Source of the DNA: Candidatus Heimdallarchaeota archaeon
Lineage (GTDB): Archaea; Asgardarchaeota; Heimdallarchaeia; Heimdallarchaeales; Heimdallarchaeaceae
DNA length: 64,000 nt
Assembly: GCA_019057375.1 (NCBI GenBank)
Contig: DXJF01000011.1
Span: 1 to 64,000 of the forward strand
Reading direction: 5' to 3'
The position numbers and the translations under genes were made by a program. The first letter of the stretch is position 1. Each line of letters begins with the position of its first letter. The notes under the pieces were generated by a model. The model was not told where the DNA came from. It made no database searches and saw only the letters and a list, made by a program, of their open reading frames with translations. Below are positions 37,732 through 47,515 of this stretch, in pieces.

Positions 37732-38460
37732 TTAACCTAAAATACTAGCTACTTTGTTATATATGAACTTCAAAAGATCTATGAAAGAATCTATCCATAA
37801 GCTCACTGTATTTAATATAGGTACACCTTGTCTTTCAATAATAATAGCAAAAAATATTGTACCAAAGAATCCAATGGGTTTTCCTAAAACATCATGTGCC
37901 CAGAACCACGCCGCATTGTATGTAGCCCCATATGAAACATCAATGGTTATTGTCATGGCTATTACAAGAGCAATTCTCAGAAAGTTTCCTACAATTAGAG
38001 CTAAAAGAGAATATATTGAAGCTTTAATCTTTTTACTTGCTTCTGCTGGTGTAACTATTATTAGAGCCATCAATAACGCTCCAGCTTGCATTCCAGTACA
38101 GGCTCTCACAATAGCAAATTGACGACTAGCTGATATTGATTTTATTACAGGGGTATTTCCACCATGACCATCCAAGTTACTTAGAAAATTTGAAATAATT
38201 ATGAAGAGAGAATTTCCATATTCTATTTCATTGTATAAGGGGGCAACTTCTATATTGAATTGGTATAACTCTAACATTCCAAAAACGGTTTCATTTGTGA
38301 TTTTTTCTAGAAAATAGTAATCAGGAACCAGATAAAGTACTAAAGTTAAAACCACTACAACTAAGAATGATAACAAGGAGTAGATATGTTTCTTCCTTCC
38401 TTCTAATTCAGTTAAATTTCTCAATTGAAGAAAAGATTTTTGCTCCACCGCATTTGCCAT
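37732..38460 (-). CDS. Archaeosortase/exosortase family membrane protein
   Basis: Multi-TM protein with Cys (ACTG), Arg (NFLR) and His (WAHD) catalytic motifs. Confidence 0.85.
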   Translation of the reverse strand: MANAVEQKSFLQLRNLTELEGRKKHIYSLLSFLVVVVLTLVLYLVPDYYFLEKITNETVFGMLELYQFNIEVAPLYNEIEYGNSLFIIISNFLSNLDGHGGNTPVIKSISASRQFAIVRACTGMQAGALLMALIIVTPAEASKKIKASIYSLLALIVGNFLRIALVIAMTITIDVSYGATYNAAWFWAHDVLGKPIGFFGTIFFAIIIERQGVPILNTVSLWIDSFIDLLKFIYNKVASILG

Positions 38461-38543
38461 TACTCTTCATCCTCAAAACATTTCAGATAGTTAAAAACTA
38501 TTCGTTTGTTAAAAAAAACAATTATCTTAAATAATTTATCTAA

Positions 38544-41500
38544 TCATTTTTTGTTCTCAACTTCTGGTTTGATGAAGTAATCAGAAAGTGTCACAGTTCC
38601 ATCAATTTTCTTTGATGTACCCTTCTTTGTTGTTGAAGAGGGGTCTTCAACAAATAGTGATTCAACATTATGCTTGATTACATCTAATCTGTTTCTTAGA
38701 TATTCAGAAAGGCCATATTTGTTAATTAATGATTCAGTCATATCAAAATATTTTGTAATAGATTTTTCAAATACAGTAAGATTCAGATTTGGTTGTTTGC
38801 AGTTTGGACATGTTTCAGATAGAGGTATTCTTCTATACGTCCTATTACATTTGGTACATCGAAATTTTTGTGACCCAAATCTTCTCAAATTTCCAATAAG
38901 ATCAGGGATAAAGTGGTTTACAATAATTCTTGTAGCTACATCAGTAACATCAACAGCTCGAATTAGTTCTGCCACTTTTAGTTGAGCATTCACTTTGTCT
39001 ACCATTGTTGTAAGATTTTTGTAAGCTGTTGAACTAGGGCCATCAAATATGTGTGAAGTTTCATGTGAGTAGTGAAAACCCTCATATGCTGTCTCGTTAT
39101 CTAATCTATTCTGAATTAAGTCAATTAATGGTAATACTAATTTTGGAGAAGAGCCTTTTAAACTAGCTTCGTAGAAGGAAAGAGGATACCTCAAACATGT
39201 ATCAACATTATGGGATTCATCATCAACTTCATGGGGATTGAGATTGGCAACCAAGATTAAAGGAGCGTCCATTTTACCTCCTCTAATCTCGGGAAGGTAA
39301 AATTTAGAGAAGTTGAGAAAAGCGTCAAGAGCTAAAAGGATAGAATCTTCATCACCATCCGCATTGCGTCGCTTCGCTGCATGCCAATATGGATGTGCGA
39401 AATTCACTTTTGCTTTAGTAAATCCAACTATTCTGCCTACAATACCTGCAGAGGTATGGGGTGCAAGTCCAATTATTATTTTTCCAATTATATCTGTCCG
39501 ATTTGTTGCTTTATAAAATCTAGGAAGACCATAAACTTTCTCAAGTAATTCATCGATATAGTTTGCAACTCCTAGAAGATGTTTTCCCCCATCATCGTTT
39601 ATTATAACATCCTGTATTTTTAGTTCAACGGTTTGATCTACTTTTTCCAAAGGCTTACCTTTAACATCTACTGAATAGCCTAATTCATGTAATTTTTGAA
39701 CTGTTACTCCCACTTCTTTAGGTTTAAAGTGTGTTAAGATTGCGTCTGTTGAATCAAACCTTATAGTACCATCTCTGTAGACAAAAATGTTGTGTTTGGC
39801 TCTAAGAATTCCTTTTTCTATTAATTCAGGTATTTTATCCTTATTCATAAGCTTCTTTACAGCTTTAACATTTTTAGGAAAAGGAGCTCCAATTATTTTT
39901 TTAGCTTCCTTTACACGATCACTTATTGGATAAGAAGTTCTCGAGTAATTAACTGCTTTTCTACCGCATTTTGGGCAGGTTTCATCTTTCAAGTTAATTC
40001 CACAAAGTGCACATTTTTTATCAAATTCAGCTTCAACATTACATGAAGAACAGATTGATTTATTGATTAATTCACCACATTGAGGGCATTTTCGTCGAGC
40101 AAGATCAATAGATATTTTGTTATTTTCTGCAGCTTTGTAAAGATCACGAAGTCTTCCTCCTTTTTCTTCGATAGGAAAGAGAAGATGTACTGGTGGTTTC
40201 ATTCTTCTGTCTTTAGCTTTTTCAGGACGTCCCATTCTCGCCCCTGTATACACTGAGCATTTCTCTCTTATTTCGAAGCTACTTACAGAATTAATTGCTG
40301 CTAAGACTTTTTCCTTTGAATTAGTGAGTTTTTCAAGTTTTCCGTTATTTATCCCGAGTGAAATTAAAAGAGGAGAACCGTGCAAACCAAATTTTATATT
40401 GTTATCTACAACGTTATGAGGTATGAATATTTTTTCTAAAATTTCTTTAATTTTCTCATCATAAGTTATAACTAGGTTTTGTTCTTCTTCAGAACTATTA
40501 TCTGCCACATACTTGCGCAATAAAACATATTCATCTATAGAAATGTTTGACCAATGATAGGTATACTCAGGATGAAGGGGGATGTTAAATATCTTTGAAA
40601 TAGCTAAAGTTTCTTCTGACGTTGGAATTTTAAAAAAGGGATCTTTTATAAAACTTCGAACTTTCTTAGCTAAACTTTGAGACAGAATTTCTTTGTCTTT
40701 CAAAGAAACTCCCCTGTATTTTGACTCTAACTCTTGAATCCACCACTCCTCGCAATAACCAGAAGGTACCAAATCATGACTATTTTGGTTAAATTCCCCT
40801 ACACCATATAGCATATCTCCTAAAAACAATATTTCATGAATTTGATTTGCTAGAGACTTGGCCTCTTTGTAACTATTAACTTTTATAACATCACCGTTTT
40901 TCAGTTTAACAATTGGAGGGTGAATAGAATCTACAGGCATAACAATTGCACCTTTACCAGGACGTTCAGTTCGTACATGGGTTCCACAAGCTAGAAAATC
41001 ATCTGTTAATCCCATTAAAGCTGGATGAATTCCCATTCCAGCAAGTCCTGTGGTTCTAGATCTTCCATATCTAATCCTAAAGCCGCCAATTTCAGAGGGA
41101 TGTGCAAAAACAGGACGACCTGCAATTACATCCTTGATATAACCTTCATCAGAATGAATTTCTAGTTCCTCTTCATTTTCAGAATCATCTTTAACGTCAT
41201 ATTCATCTGAAACATCTTCGTCTATATGAGTTCCAGTACCTTCATGAATTTTTATTAATTCTTGAAACCATTCCCAGCCATCCAATTTACTCTCTAAAAT
41301 CCTTCTTTGAAGTTTCTTTGAACGACCAACTAATCCATCATTAAAGACTAAACAAGCACCCCCCCGTAAACGATTTGTTTCAATTCTTTTCAAATCACGA
41401 TTTCCAGTAACTTCGATCTTATCTGTTGGTTCTCCTGTAATTTCAATTGGTAAGTTTTGAGCAGCAAACCTTTGTTCCTCTTTTGTTGTTGGAAGTTGTA

Positions 41501-42107
41501 AATGACTCACTCGATTATATAATTCGAGCTCCTCAATATAGCGTTCCACTTCCCTTTGATTTGGTCTATATCTTGAGATTCCTAATGTTTTCCTTACATA
41601 ATCAGCTAATAGAACACTCATTCCTGCAGCAGTTCCTCCTGCTGAACGAATTGGACCCGCATAATACACAGCCAAATATTCTGAACCATCATCATTTTGT
41701 TTAATCTTTACTTTAGCTATTCCCTCTATTGGAGCAGCTGTTATACTCTCGGTTATAACTGCTAAAGAGCTTCTTATAGCCAGTTCAGCTAATTCCTCTT
41801 TTGTCCCTTGAACCAATTTTCCTAGACATATATCTTCAGCAATCTTAAAAGCTACATGCTCCCTAGACATGTTCTTTCTTTCATACTCGCGAATCTTTTT
41901 CCCAACACCGTCAGGACCTATAAGTCCTTCAACTCTATCAGCAATATCTTTAGCAATAGGAATCTCTACCTCGGGAACTGGATCCAAACCTTTTTTTCTC
42001 GCTTTTGATGCAACAGAGTATATTTTTTTGAGCTGCTTATTTAAATCATCAAAATATGCTTGAATGCTGATAGATAGATGGTTATTTTGACTGATTTTAT
42101 TCACCAT
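38544..42107 (-). CDS. polC: DNA polymerase II (PolD) large subunit DP2
   Basis: AGPIRSAGGT, GFRIRYGRSR, zinc fingers, KRRNADGDED catalytic motif, C-terminal CTKC/CPNC; no intein seen. Confidence 0.97.
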   Translation of the reverse strand: MVNKISQNNHLSISIQAYFDDLNKQLKKIYSVASKARKKGLDPVPEVEIPIAKDIADRVEGLIGPDGVGKKIREYERKNMSREHVAFKIAEDICLGKLVQGTKEELAELAIRSSLAVITESITAAPIEGIAKVKIKQNDDGSEYLAVYYAGPIRSAGGTAAGMSVLLADYVRKTLGISRYRPNQREVERYIEELELYNRVSHLQLPTTKEEQRFAAQNLPIEITGEPTDKIEVTGNRDLKRIETNRLRGGACLVFNDGLVGRSKKLQRRILESKLDGWEWFQELIKIHEGTGTHIDEDVSDEYDVKDDSENEEELEIHSDEGYIKDVIAGRPVFAHPSEIGGFRIRYGRSRTTGLAGMGIHPALMGLTDDFLACGTHVRTERPGKGAIVMPVDSIHPPIVKLKNGDVIKVNSYKEAKSLANQIHEILFLGDMLYGVGEFNQNSHDLVPSGYCEEWWIQELESKYRGVSLKDKEILSQSLAKKVRSFIKDPFFKIPTSEETLAISKIFNIPLHPEYTYHWSNISIDEYVLLRKYVADNSSEEEQNLVITYDEKIKEILEKIFIPHNVVDNNIKFGLHGSPLLISLGINNGKLEKLTNSKEKVLAAINSVSSFEIREKCSVYTGARMGRPEKAKDRRMKPPVHLLFPIEEKGGRLRDLYKAAENNKISIDLARRKCPQCGELINKSICSSCNVEAEFDKKCALCGINLKDETCPKCGRKAVNYSRTSYPISDRVKEAKKIIGAPFPKNVKAVKKLMNKDKIPELIEKGILRAKHNIFVYRDGTIRFDSTDAILTHFKPKEVGVTVQKLHELGYSVDVKGKPLEKVDQTVELKIQDVIINDDGGKHLLGVANYIDELLEKVYGLPRFYKATNRTDIIGKIIIGLAPHTSAGIVGRIVGFTKAKVNFAHPYWHAAKRRNADGDEDSILLALDAFLNFSKFYLPEIRGGKMDAPLILVANLNPHEVDDESHNVDTCLRYPLSFYEASLKGSSPKLVLPLIDLIQNRLDNETAYEGFHYSHETSHIFDGPSSTAYKNLTTMVDKVNAQLKVAELIRAVDVTDVATRIIVNHFIPDLIGNLRRFGSQKFRCTKCNRTYRRIPLSETCPNCKQPNLNLTVFEKSITKYFDMTESLINKYGLSEYLRNRLDVIKHNVESLFVEDPSSTTKKGTSKKIDGTVTLSDYFIKPEVENKK

Positions 42108-42249
42108 TTCTGTTATGTTTGCGATTTAATTATTCAAATAAATTAAGCTAAGGGGTTCTCGGAGATATTATTAATTACACTTGTTTAAACGTTTCCTTTT
42201 CTGTAAACAAAGTGATAAAGCTTAATTAATATGAGGAGTTTGTTTATTT

Positions 42250-42861
42250 GTGATTAACGTTACAATAGCAACTAAGAATTTTAGGTTTTTGTATAGACTT
42301 AATGAAATCTTAGGCGGTATTAAAGAAATAAAAACAAATCACATTTTACCTAACGAATTTATTCCTGAAAATACAGATGTAGTTATAACAACTGAGATTG
42401 AAAAAAAATCTGTTGACTGGAAAAAAAAATTCATACCAAAAGCATTCAATCGTTATTATTTGTATTCCAATATTTGTTTAATGTATATTGGAAAAGAGAG
42501 TTTTTCTGAAGTAATCATAGGAATAGATCCAGGAAAAACCATTGGATATGCTGTTGTTGCTGATGGGGAAACTATCATAAGCGTATCCGAAATTTACACA
42601 GCTGTTGACGCCGTCAAAGAAGTAATATCCACCTTTTTCAATATTGAAACAAATAAGCTAATCATCAAAATAGGGGTTGGGGGCGGGAAAATTAAGGAAG
42701 AGATAGTTCAAAGACTGAATGAGATTTTTCATGATAAAGTTCCCATACATATAGTTAGAGAAGATTTTACATCAAAAACAAAACTAACTTCAACAGAAGA
42801 AAAATTTAGCAAAAACATAACAGCAGCTTTATTGATTGCAGCTAGAGAGAGCTATGTTTAA
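42250..42861 (+). CDS. RNase H-like (YqgF/resolvase-like) domain protein
   Basis: IGIDPGKTIGYAV, IGVGGG, VREDFTS and terminal AALLIA helix. Confidence 0.7.
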   Translation: MINVTIATKNFRFLYRLNEILGGIKEIKTNHILPNEFIPENTDVVITTEIEKKSVDWKKKFIPKAFNRYYLYSNICLMYIGKESFSEVIIGIDPGKTIGYAVVADGETIISVSEIYTAVDAVKEVISTFFNIETNKLIIKIGVGGGKIKEEIVQRLNEIFHDKVPIHIVREDFTSKTKLTSTEEKFSKNITAALLIAARESYV

Positions 42862-42986
42862 TATTCTTTATTGGATTCTCAAGAAATAGAGTTTTTGCAT
42901 TACCCAAATATCTAAAAGTATTTAAAAGTTCATAGTATAAAACTACCGTTCGAAATTTATAACAAAATTGTAAAGAGGAAAGAGAA

Positions 42987-43871
42987 TTGATGGAAGGCGT
43001 TGTAATGCAAGATAAGACAATTGAAGAAATGATTGAGGAAATACAAAAACAGTATAACATCGTTGGAAGAATAGGTGAGCTCCGAAAATGTTTAGCTGCT
43101 AAACTAGCGAACCGCCACATTTTGCTTGAGGGTGATGTTGGTGTGGGAAAGACAACACTTGCAAATGCAATGGCATCATATTTTTCACAAAATCTAGAAA
43201 GAGTTGACGGTGATGAAAGATATAGTTCTGCTAAACTTGTAGGTCATTTTGATCCTCCAATGGTAATTGAACAAGGTTATTCATGGGATTCTTTTGTTAC
43301 AGGTCCATTGACAAAAGCTATGAAACAAGGTGCTATCCTCTTTCTTAATGAATTAAACAGAATGCCAGAAGGCACTCAAAATGTTCTCCTTTCAGCTATG
43401 GATGAGGGAATTATTATTATTCCAAAACTTGGAGAAGTTAAAGCACAAGAAGGTTTTTTCATTATTAGTGCAATGAATCCTGCTGAACTTGTTGCAACAA
43501 CCCCACTAAGTGAAGCTTTGAGAGACAGATTTGTCTGGATAAGGTTGCAATATCAATCAGAGGAAGAAGAGGAAAATATAGTTAGAGTGCGAACAGGCAT
43601 AAAGGATGATAAAATCATAAAAATAGCTGTAAAAATTGTTAGGCAGACAAGAGATTGGCCTGATTTAAGAAGAGGGGCATCTATCAGAGGAGCACTTGAT
43701 TTAGCGTCTATAATACGTTTTCTTGAATCTAATGATATCGAATCATGGATTGATGGTTCTATTATGGCTCTTGCAACCAAAATAGAATTGGAAGATGGGG
43801 TAGAAAGCCAAATTGAAGATGTGGTTAAAGACATTGTTCAAAGTGCCTTTAAAGATTTGGATTTTTTCTAG
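42987..43871 (+). CDS. MoxR-family AAA+ ATPase
   Basis: Walker A GDVGVGKT, LFLNELNR, AMNP, ALRDRF. Confidence 0.92.
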   Translation: MMEGVVMQDKTIEEMIEEIQKQYNIVGRIGELRKCLAAKLANRHILLEGDVGVGKTTLANAMASYFSQNLERVDGDERYSSAKLVGHFDPPMVIEQGYSWDSFVTGPLTKAMKQGAILFLNELNRMPEGTQNVLLSAMDEGIIIIPKLGEVKAQEGFFIISAMNPAELVATTPLSEALRDRFVWIRLQYQSEEEEENIVRVRTGIKDDKIIKIAVKIVRQTRDWPDLRRGASIRGALDLASIIRFLESNDIESWIDGSIMALATKIELEDGVESQIEDVVKDIVQSAFKDLDFF

Positions 43872-43885
43872 AAGAGGGAGGAGAT

Positions 43886-44950
43886 TTGTATAAAGAGGAC
43901 GTACAGCGTCCTTTTGTCTTTAGAGGAAAGATGGACAAAAACAGATTACTAGAAGCCGAAATTGTTTCAGGAAAGAGGAATCCTTCAGTATACTCCAGTC
44001 TTTCGGAAGGAATGAGTTACTACGAAATCAAAAAACAAACTGAATTAGCAATTGATGTTGATAACATGCCCGCTATTCAAGGCTTAGCAGTTTCGAATAA
44101 ATTTGCTGTCGCTGAAGCACTCAATTCTAAGAAAGGATATACCATGGTTGCTAGACGTGCAGCTAAGGGAGATAATAGTGCTCCAGAATTATTTTTCATG
44201 CTAAGATCTGCATTGGATGAAAGGACTAGACCTGTTTTTCGTAGACTAGCAAGACAAGTTATTTTGAAATCTGCATTTGGAATCACCAGTCAAGGTATCA
44301 GGGGAGAAGTTTACGAACAAACAGAGTATGAAATAGGGTTAGATGAGTTTGATATTGATGAAACACTTGAACGTTTTCTACAAAACAGAAGTAGGATTCT
44401 TCAAACAGAAGATATTGTTAGTTTAGAAAGAAAGGAAAGGATGAAAACAGCTGTTTTAATGTTTGATACTTCAGGTTCATTGTATGGTGAGAGGTTTACA
44501 ACAGCAGCTTTGACTGTTGCTGTAATGTCTTATAATCTTTCTAGGGATAATTTCAGTGTAGTCCTCTTCAATACTCAAGCTTATACAATTAAACGAATTA
44601 AAGAAAAGGTGAAATCTGAGGAACTCATTAATAGAATTCTGGAAAGCGAAAGTGCTGGTTATACCAATATAGCTGAAGGATTAAGATTTGGTGGACTAGA
44701 GCTTGATAAAATTAAGAAGAGAAATAAATTTGGTGTCCTTGTAACAGATGGTGCATTCAATAGAGGGGGCGATCCGCGTCCATTGCTGAAATATTTTCCC
44801 CGTTTGCATGTAATCTCACTTCCAAGTAAACATGATTGGGGTAGAAGGGTTTGCAAAGATCTAGCCAGACTTGGTGGAGGTAAATATGCAGAAGTTTCAA
44901 GTCACCACCAAATACCAAGAATTCTGATGAAGTTACTTAGAGAAGCATAG
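43886..44950 (+). CDS. VWA-domain protein (MoxR partner)
   Basis: MIDAS DTSGS, TNIAEGL, LVTDG; immediately downstream of the MoxR gene. Confidence 0.9.
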   Translation: MYKEDVQRPFVFRGKMDKNRLLEAEIVSGKRNPSVYSSLSEGMSYYEIKKQTELAIDVDNMPAIQGLAVSNKFAVAEALNSKKGYTMVARRAAKGDNSAPELFFMLRSALDERTRPVFRRLARQVILKSAFGITSQGIRGEVYEQTEYEIGLDEFDIDETLERFLQNRSRILQTEDIVSLERKERMKTAVLMFDTSGSLYGERFTTAALTVAVMSYNLSRDNFSVVLFNTQAYTIKRIKEKVKSEELINRILESESAGYTNIAEGLRFGGLELDKIKKRNKFGVLVTDGAFNRGGDPRPLLKYFPRLHVISLPSKHDWGRRVCKDLARLGGGKYAEVSSHHQIPRILMKLLREA

Positions 44951-44954
44951 GTGG

Positions 44955-46979
44955 GTGGAAAAAATCCAACCTAGTAAGAAGAGAAAAAAGAAAAACATTC
45001 CTTATTTAGGCCCGAATCTTTTGTTCTATTGTTACGATTGTTCTTTGCCAATAATTGGCTCTCATACATGTCCCATTTGTAGTAACAAAGTAAATTTAGT
45101 TCCTTTAACCCCTCCTTATGATGTAAGACCTTCAACCCCGTATGAGACCTCAGAAGTTATAGATTTAATAAAATCCACCTTTGGCAATAATACAAAAATA
45201 ATACATGTGGATGACATTTTACTACTCAACCATATTGGGTCTGAAGATCACATGGACGAAATTATTTTCTATGGAAAGAGTATTGGAACAAGAAGATATG
45301 ATTTAACTTCCAATGGCTGGATTCTCAAACTTAATGGTTATGGATTATCTTTATTGAGTGAAAGTAAAATCAACAAATGGGTTATGATTGATGATGGTGC
45401 AATAGAATATATCATCAAAGGAGCTAGTGTTTTGATTCCTGGTATCATTGATGCTGATGAAAATATCAAAGTTGGAGACTATATTGCCATTATAGATAAA
45501 AAGCACAAAGTTATTGCTGGGGGAATTGCAAGGTTAGACGATACAGAAAGGAAAGAGAAAAAGAAAGGGGTATATGCTAAAACCTACCAAGCTGCGGAGG
45601 AATATGTTCAAGTTCATTATACAAAACGATCGTGGAAGGACATAGTAAAATGGAATGAACAAGAACTAATGCGTTTAGAGAAGAAGGCATTATTCTTCAT
45701 ACAAAAAATAATAGATGACTTAGAACTGCCTGTAATGGTTTCTTATAGTGGGGGGAAAGATAGTTTAGTAACATTATCTCTAGTTAAGCAAGCTTTACCT
45801 GACGGCAATTATGATGTTCTATTTGTTGACACTGGAATTGAATTTCCTGAAACGGTAAACTATGTAAAAGAAAGCAGTAGGAAATTAGGATTCGAAAATA
45901 AATTAATTATAGAACAAGTATCTTCCAAAGTTTTTTGGGATGCTTTTGAAAAATTCGGACCACCAGGAAGAGATTTTCGTCACTGTTGTAAATTTGCAAA
46001 ACTAGCTCCCATTCAACGAGTAATAGACAAGCTCTATCAAGGAGGACAGTGTGTTAGTTTTGTAGGACAAAGGAGATATGAGTCGTTTCGACGAGCTATT
46101 ACTGATATTTGGCAGAATCAATATGTTCCAAACCAAATCAATGTATCTCCAATTCAGAATTGGAATGCTCTTATGATTTGGCTATATATTTACTGGAAAG
46201 ATTTACCGTACAATCCACTTTATAACACAGGATATGAGAGAATAGGATGTTGGGTTTGTCCATCCTCAGACATGGCACAGTTTAAGATTCTAGAGAAGAA
46301 TCATCCAAAACTTTATACAAAACTCCATTCAGCAGTTGAAAAATGGAGAGAAGAAAAAAGTCTACCAAACGGTTTCTGGGAATATGGATTATGGAGATTC
46401 AAGCAAATTCCAACGAAGATTTCAAACATTTTTTCTTTGGATCTTAATGACTTTAGAATCACATCTAAACAGAATGAATTATCATTTATAGAAATAGAAG
46501 CTAGTGACTGCATCACTAATCCAGTTACAGTTATTGGTGGTTTTTCGAATAAAATAAACCTAGACATCGTATCAAGTGCACTAATTATGGTAGGAAAAGT
46601 TCAATTCAATCACAAACTTAACTTTATTCGTGTGTCCAGTAAGAAGTTTTCAGTTATTCTGTACCATGATGGCTCCTTCAAAATTATTTTCAGAAAGCAG
46701 GATAATCTCACAAAGTATGGTATTCAAAATGTAATTGAAAATTTCATTTACACAGTTTTAAGAGCAGTGGAATGTATAAATTGTGAGCTTTGTGTTGGAA
46801 AATGTAAGCTTAAAGCCATATCAATCAACAATAATATTATTTTTGTTGACAAAAAGAGATGCACTAAATGTAATTTGTGTGCAGAAGCTTGCCCAATTGT
46901 CACAATTGTTCATAAGAAGGTCAAAGAAACTATAAAACAAACATTAAAAGAAAATAAACTTCAACAAATTTTAGCATAA
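44955..46979 (+). CDS. PAPS-reductase family protein with N-terminal zinc ribbon, PUA domain and C-terminal 4Fe-4S ferredoxin
   Basis: PUA (GASVLIPGI), SYSGGKDS, DTG.EFPET, RHCC, RIGCWVCP, two CxxCxxCxxxC motifs. Confidence 0.88.
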   Translation: MEKIQPSKKRKKKNIPYLGPNLLFYCYDCSLPIIGSHTCPICSNKVNLVPLTPPYDVRPSTPYETSEVIDLIKSTFGNNTKIIHVDDILLLNHIGSEDHMDEIIFYGKSIGTRRYDLTSNGWILKLNGYGLSLLSESKINKWVMIDDGAIEYIIKGASVLIPGIIDADENIKVGDYIAIIDKKHKVIAGGIARLDDTERKEKKKGVYAKTYQAAEEYVQVHYTKRSWKDIVKWNEQELMRLEKKALFFIQKIIDDLELPVMVSYSGGKDSLVTLSLVKQALPDGNYDVLFVDTGIEFPETVNYVKESSRKLGFENKLIIEQVSSKVFWDAFEKFGPPGRDFRHCCKFAKLAPIQRVIDKLYQGGQCVSFVGQRRYESFRRAITDIWQNQYVPNQINVSPIQNWNALMIWLYIYWKDLPYNPLYNTGYERIGCWVCPSSDMAQFKILEKNHPKLYTKLHSAVEKWREEKSLPNGFWEYGLWRFKQIPTKISNIFSLDLNDFRITSKQNELSFIEIEASDCITNPVTVIGGFSNKINLDIVSSALIMVGKVQFNHKLNFIRVSSKKFSVILYHDGSFKIIFRKQDNLTKYGIQNVIENFIYTVLRAVECINCELCVGKCKLKAISINNNIIFVDKKRCTKCNLCAEACPIVTIVHKKVKETIKQTLKENKLQQILA

Positions 46980-47040
46980 ATAATCATTAACGCTAATCAT
47001 AACATTTTTTTATAAATAGATTGAGCTTGCATTGATAATT

Positions 47041-47460
47041 ATGCCAGCAAACCCTAATCGTGAGTTTTTACTAGAACTTAGTGGTCTTGTTAACAAGAGA
47101 GTAAAAATCTCTCTGAATAATGAGACAATATATACAGGAGTATTACGTGGAATACAGGATAATTCTCTTAACGTTGTTTTAGCAGACGCAAATTGTGGAG
47201 ATGAAAGTTACTTTAGAGTTTTTATCACTGGTTCTAATATTGTTGAAATAACTTTAGCTGAAGAGCCATTTGATTTATCAGGATTAGCAGGTGAGCTTTC
47301 TCAAATGTTTCAACCACAAAACGTTAAAATTATTGAAGAAGCAGCCATCATTCAAGTTTTTGACAGATTTACTGTTAGTGAAGATGGTGTGAAAGGAACT
47401 GGACCTATTTCAGAGAGAATCCAAAAAATCTACGATAAATACAAAGCAGAAAAAGGATAG
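47041..47460 (+). CDS. Sm/Lsm protein with C-terminal extension (SmAP3-like)
   Basis: Sm1 (YTGVLRG...NVVLAD) and Sm2 (FITGSNI) motifs plus a ~65-aa C-terminal domain. Confidence 0.85.
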   Translation: MPANPNREFLLELSGLVNKRVKISLNNETIYTGVLRGIQDNSLNVVLADANCGDESYFRVFITGSNIVEITLAEEPFDLSGLAGELSQMFQPQNVKIIEEAAIIQVFDRFTVSEDGVKGTGPISERIQKIYDKYKAEKG

Positions 47461-47487
47461 AGCGAGACTTACAATCGCTTTTTTTTT
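47461..47487 (+). terminator. Hairpin plus T-tract terminator after the Lsm gene
   Basis: AGCGA-N9-TCGCT stem immediately after the stop codon, followed by a run of Ts. Confidence 0.55.
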
Positions 47488-47515
47488 CTTTTTTAGAAGG
47501 CGGAAGGAATGACAA

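Noticed and set aside
38544-42107. Inteins in DP2, topoisomerase or Cdc6
   Set aside because: Protein lengths and motif continuity match intein-free forms; no splice-junction or LAGLIDADG motifs were seen.
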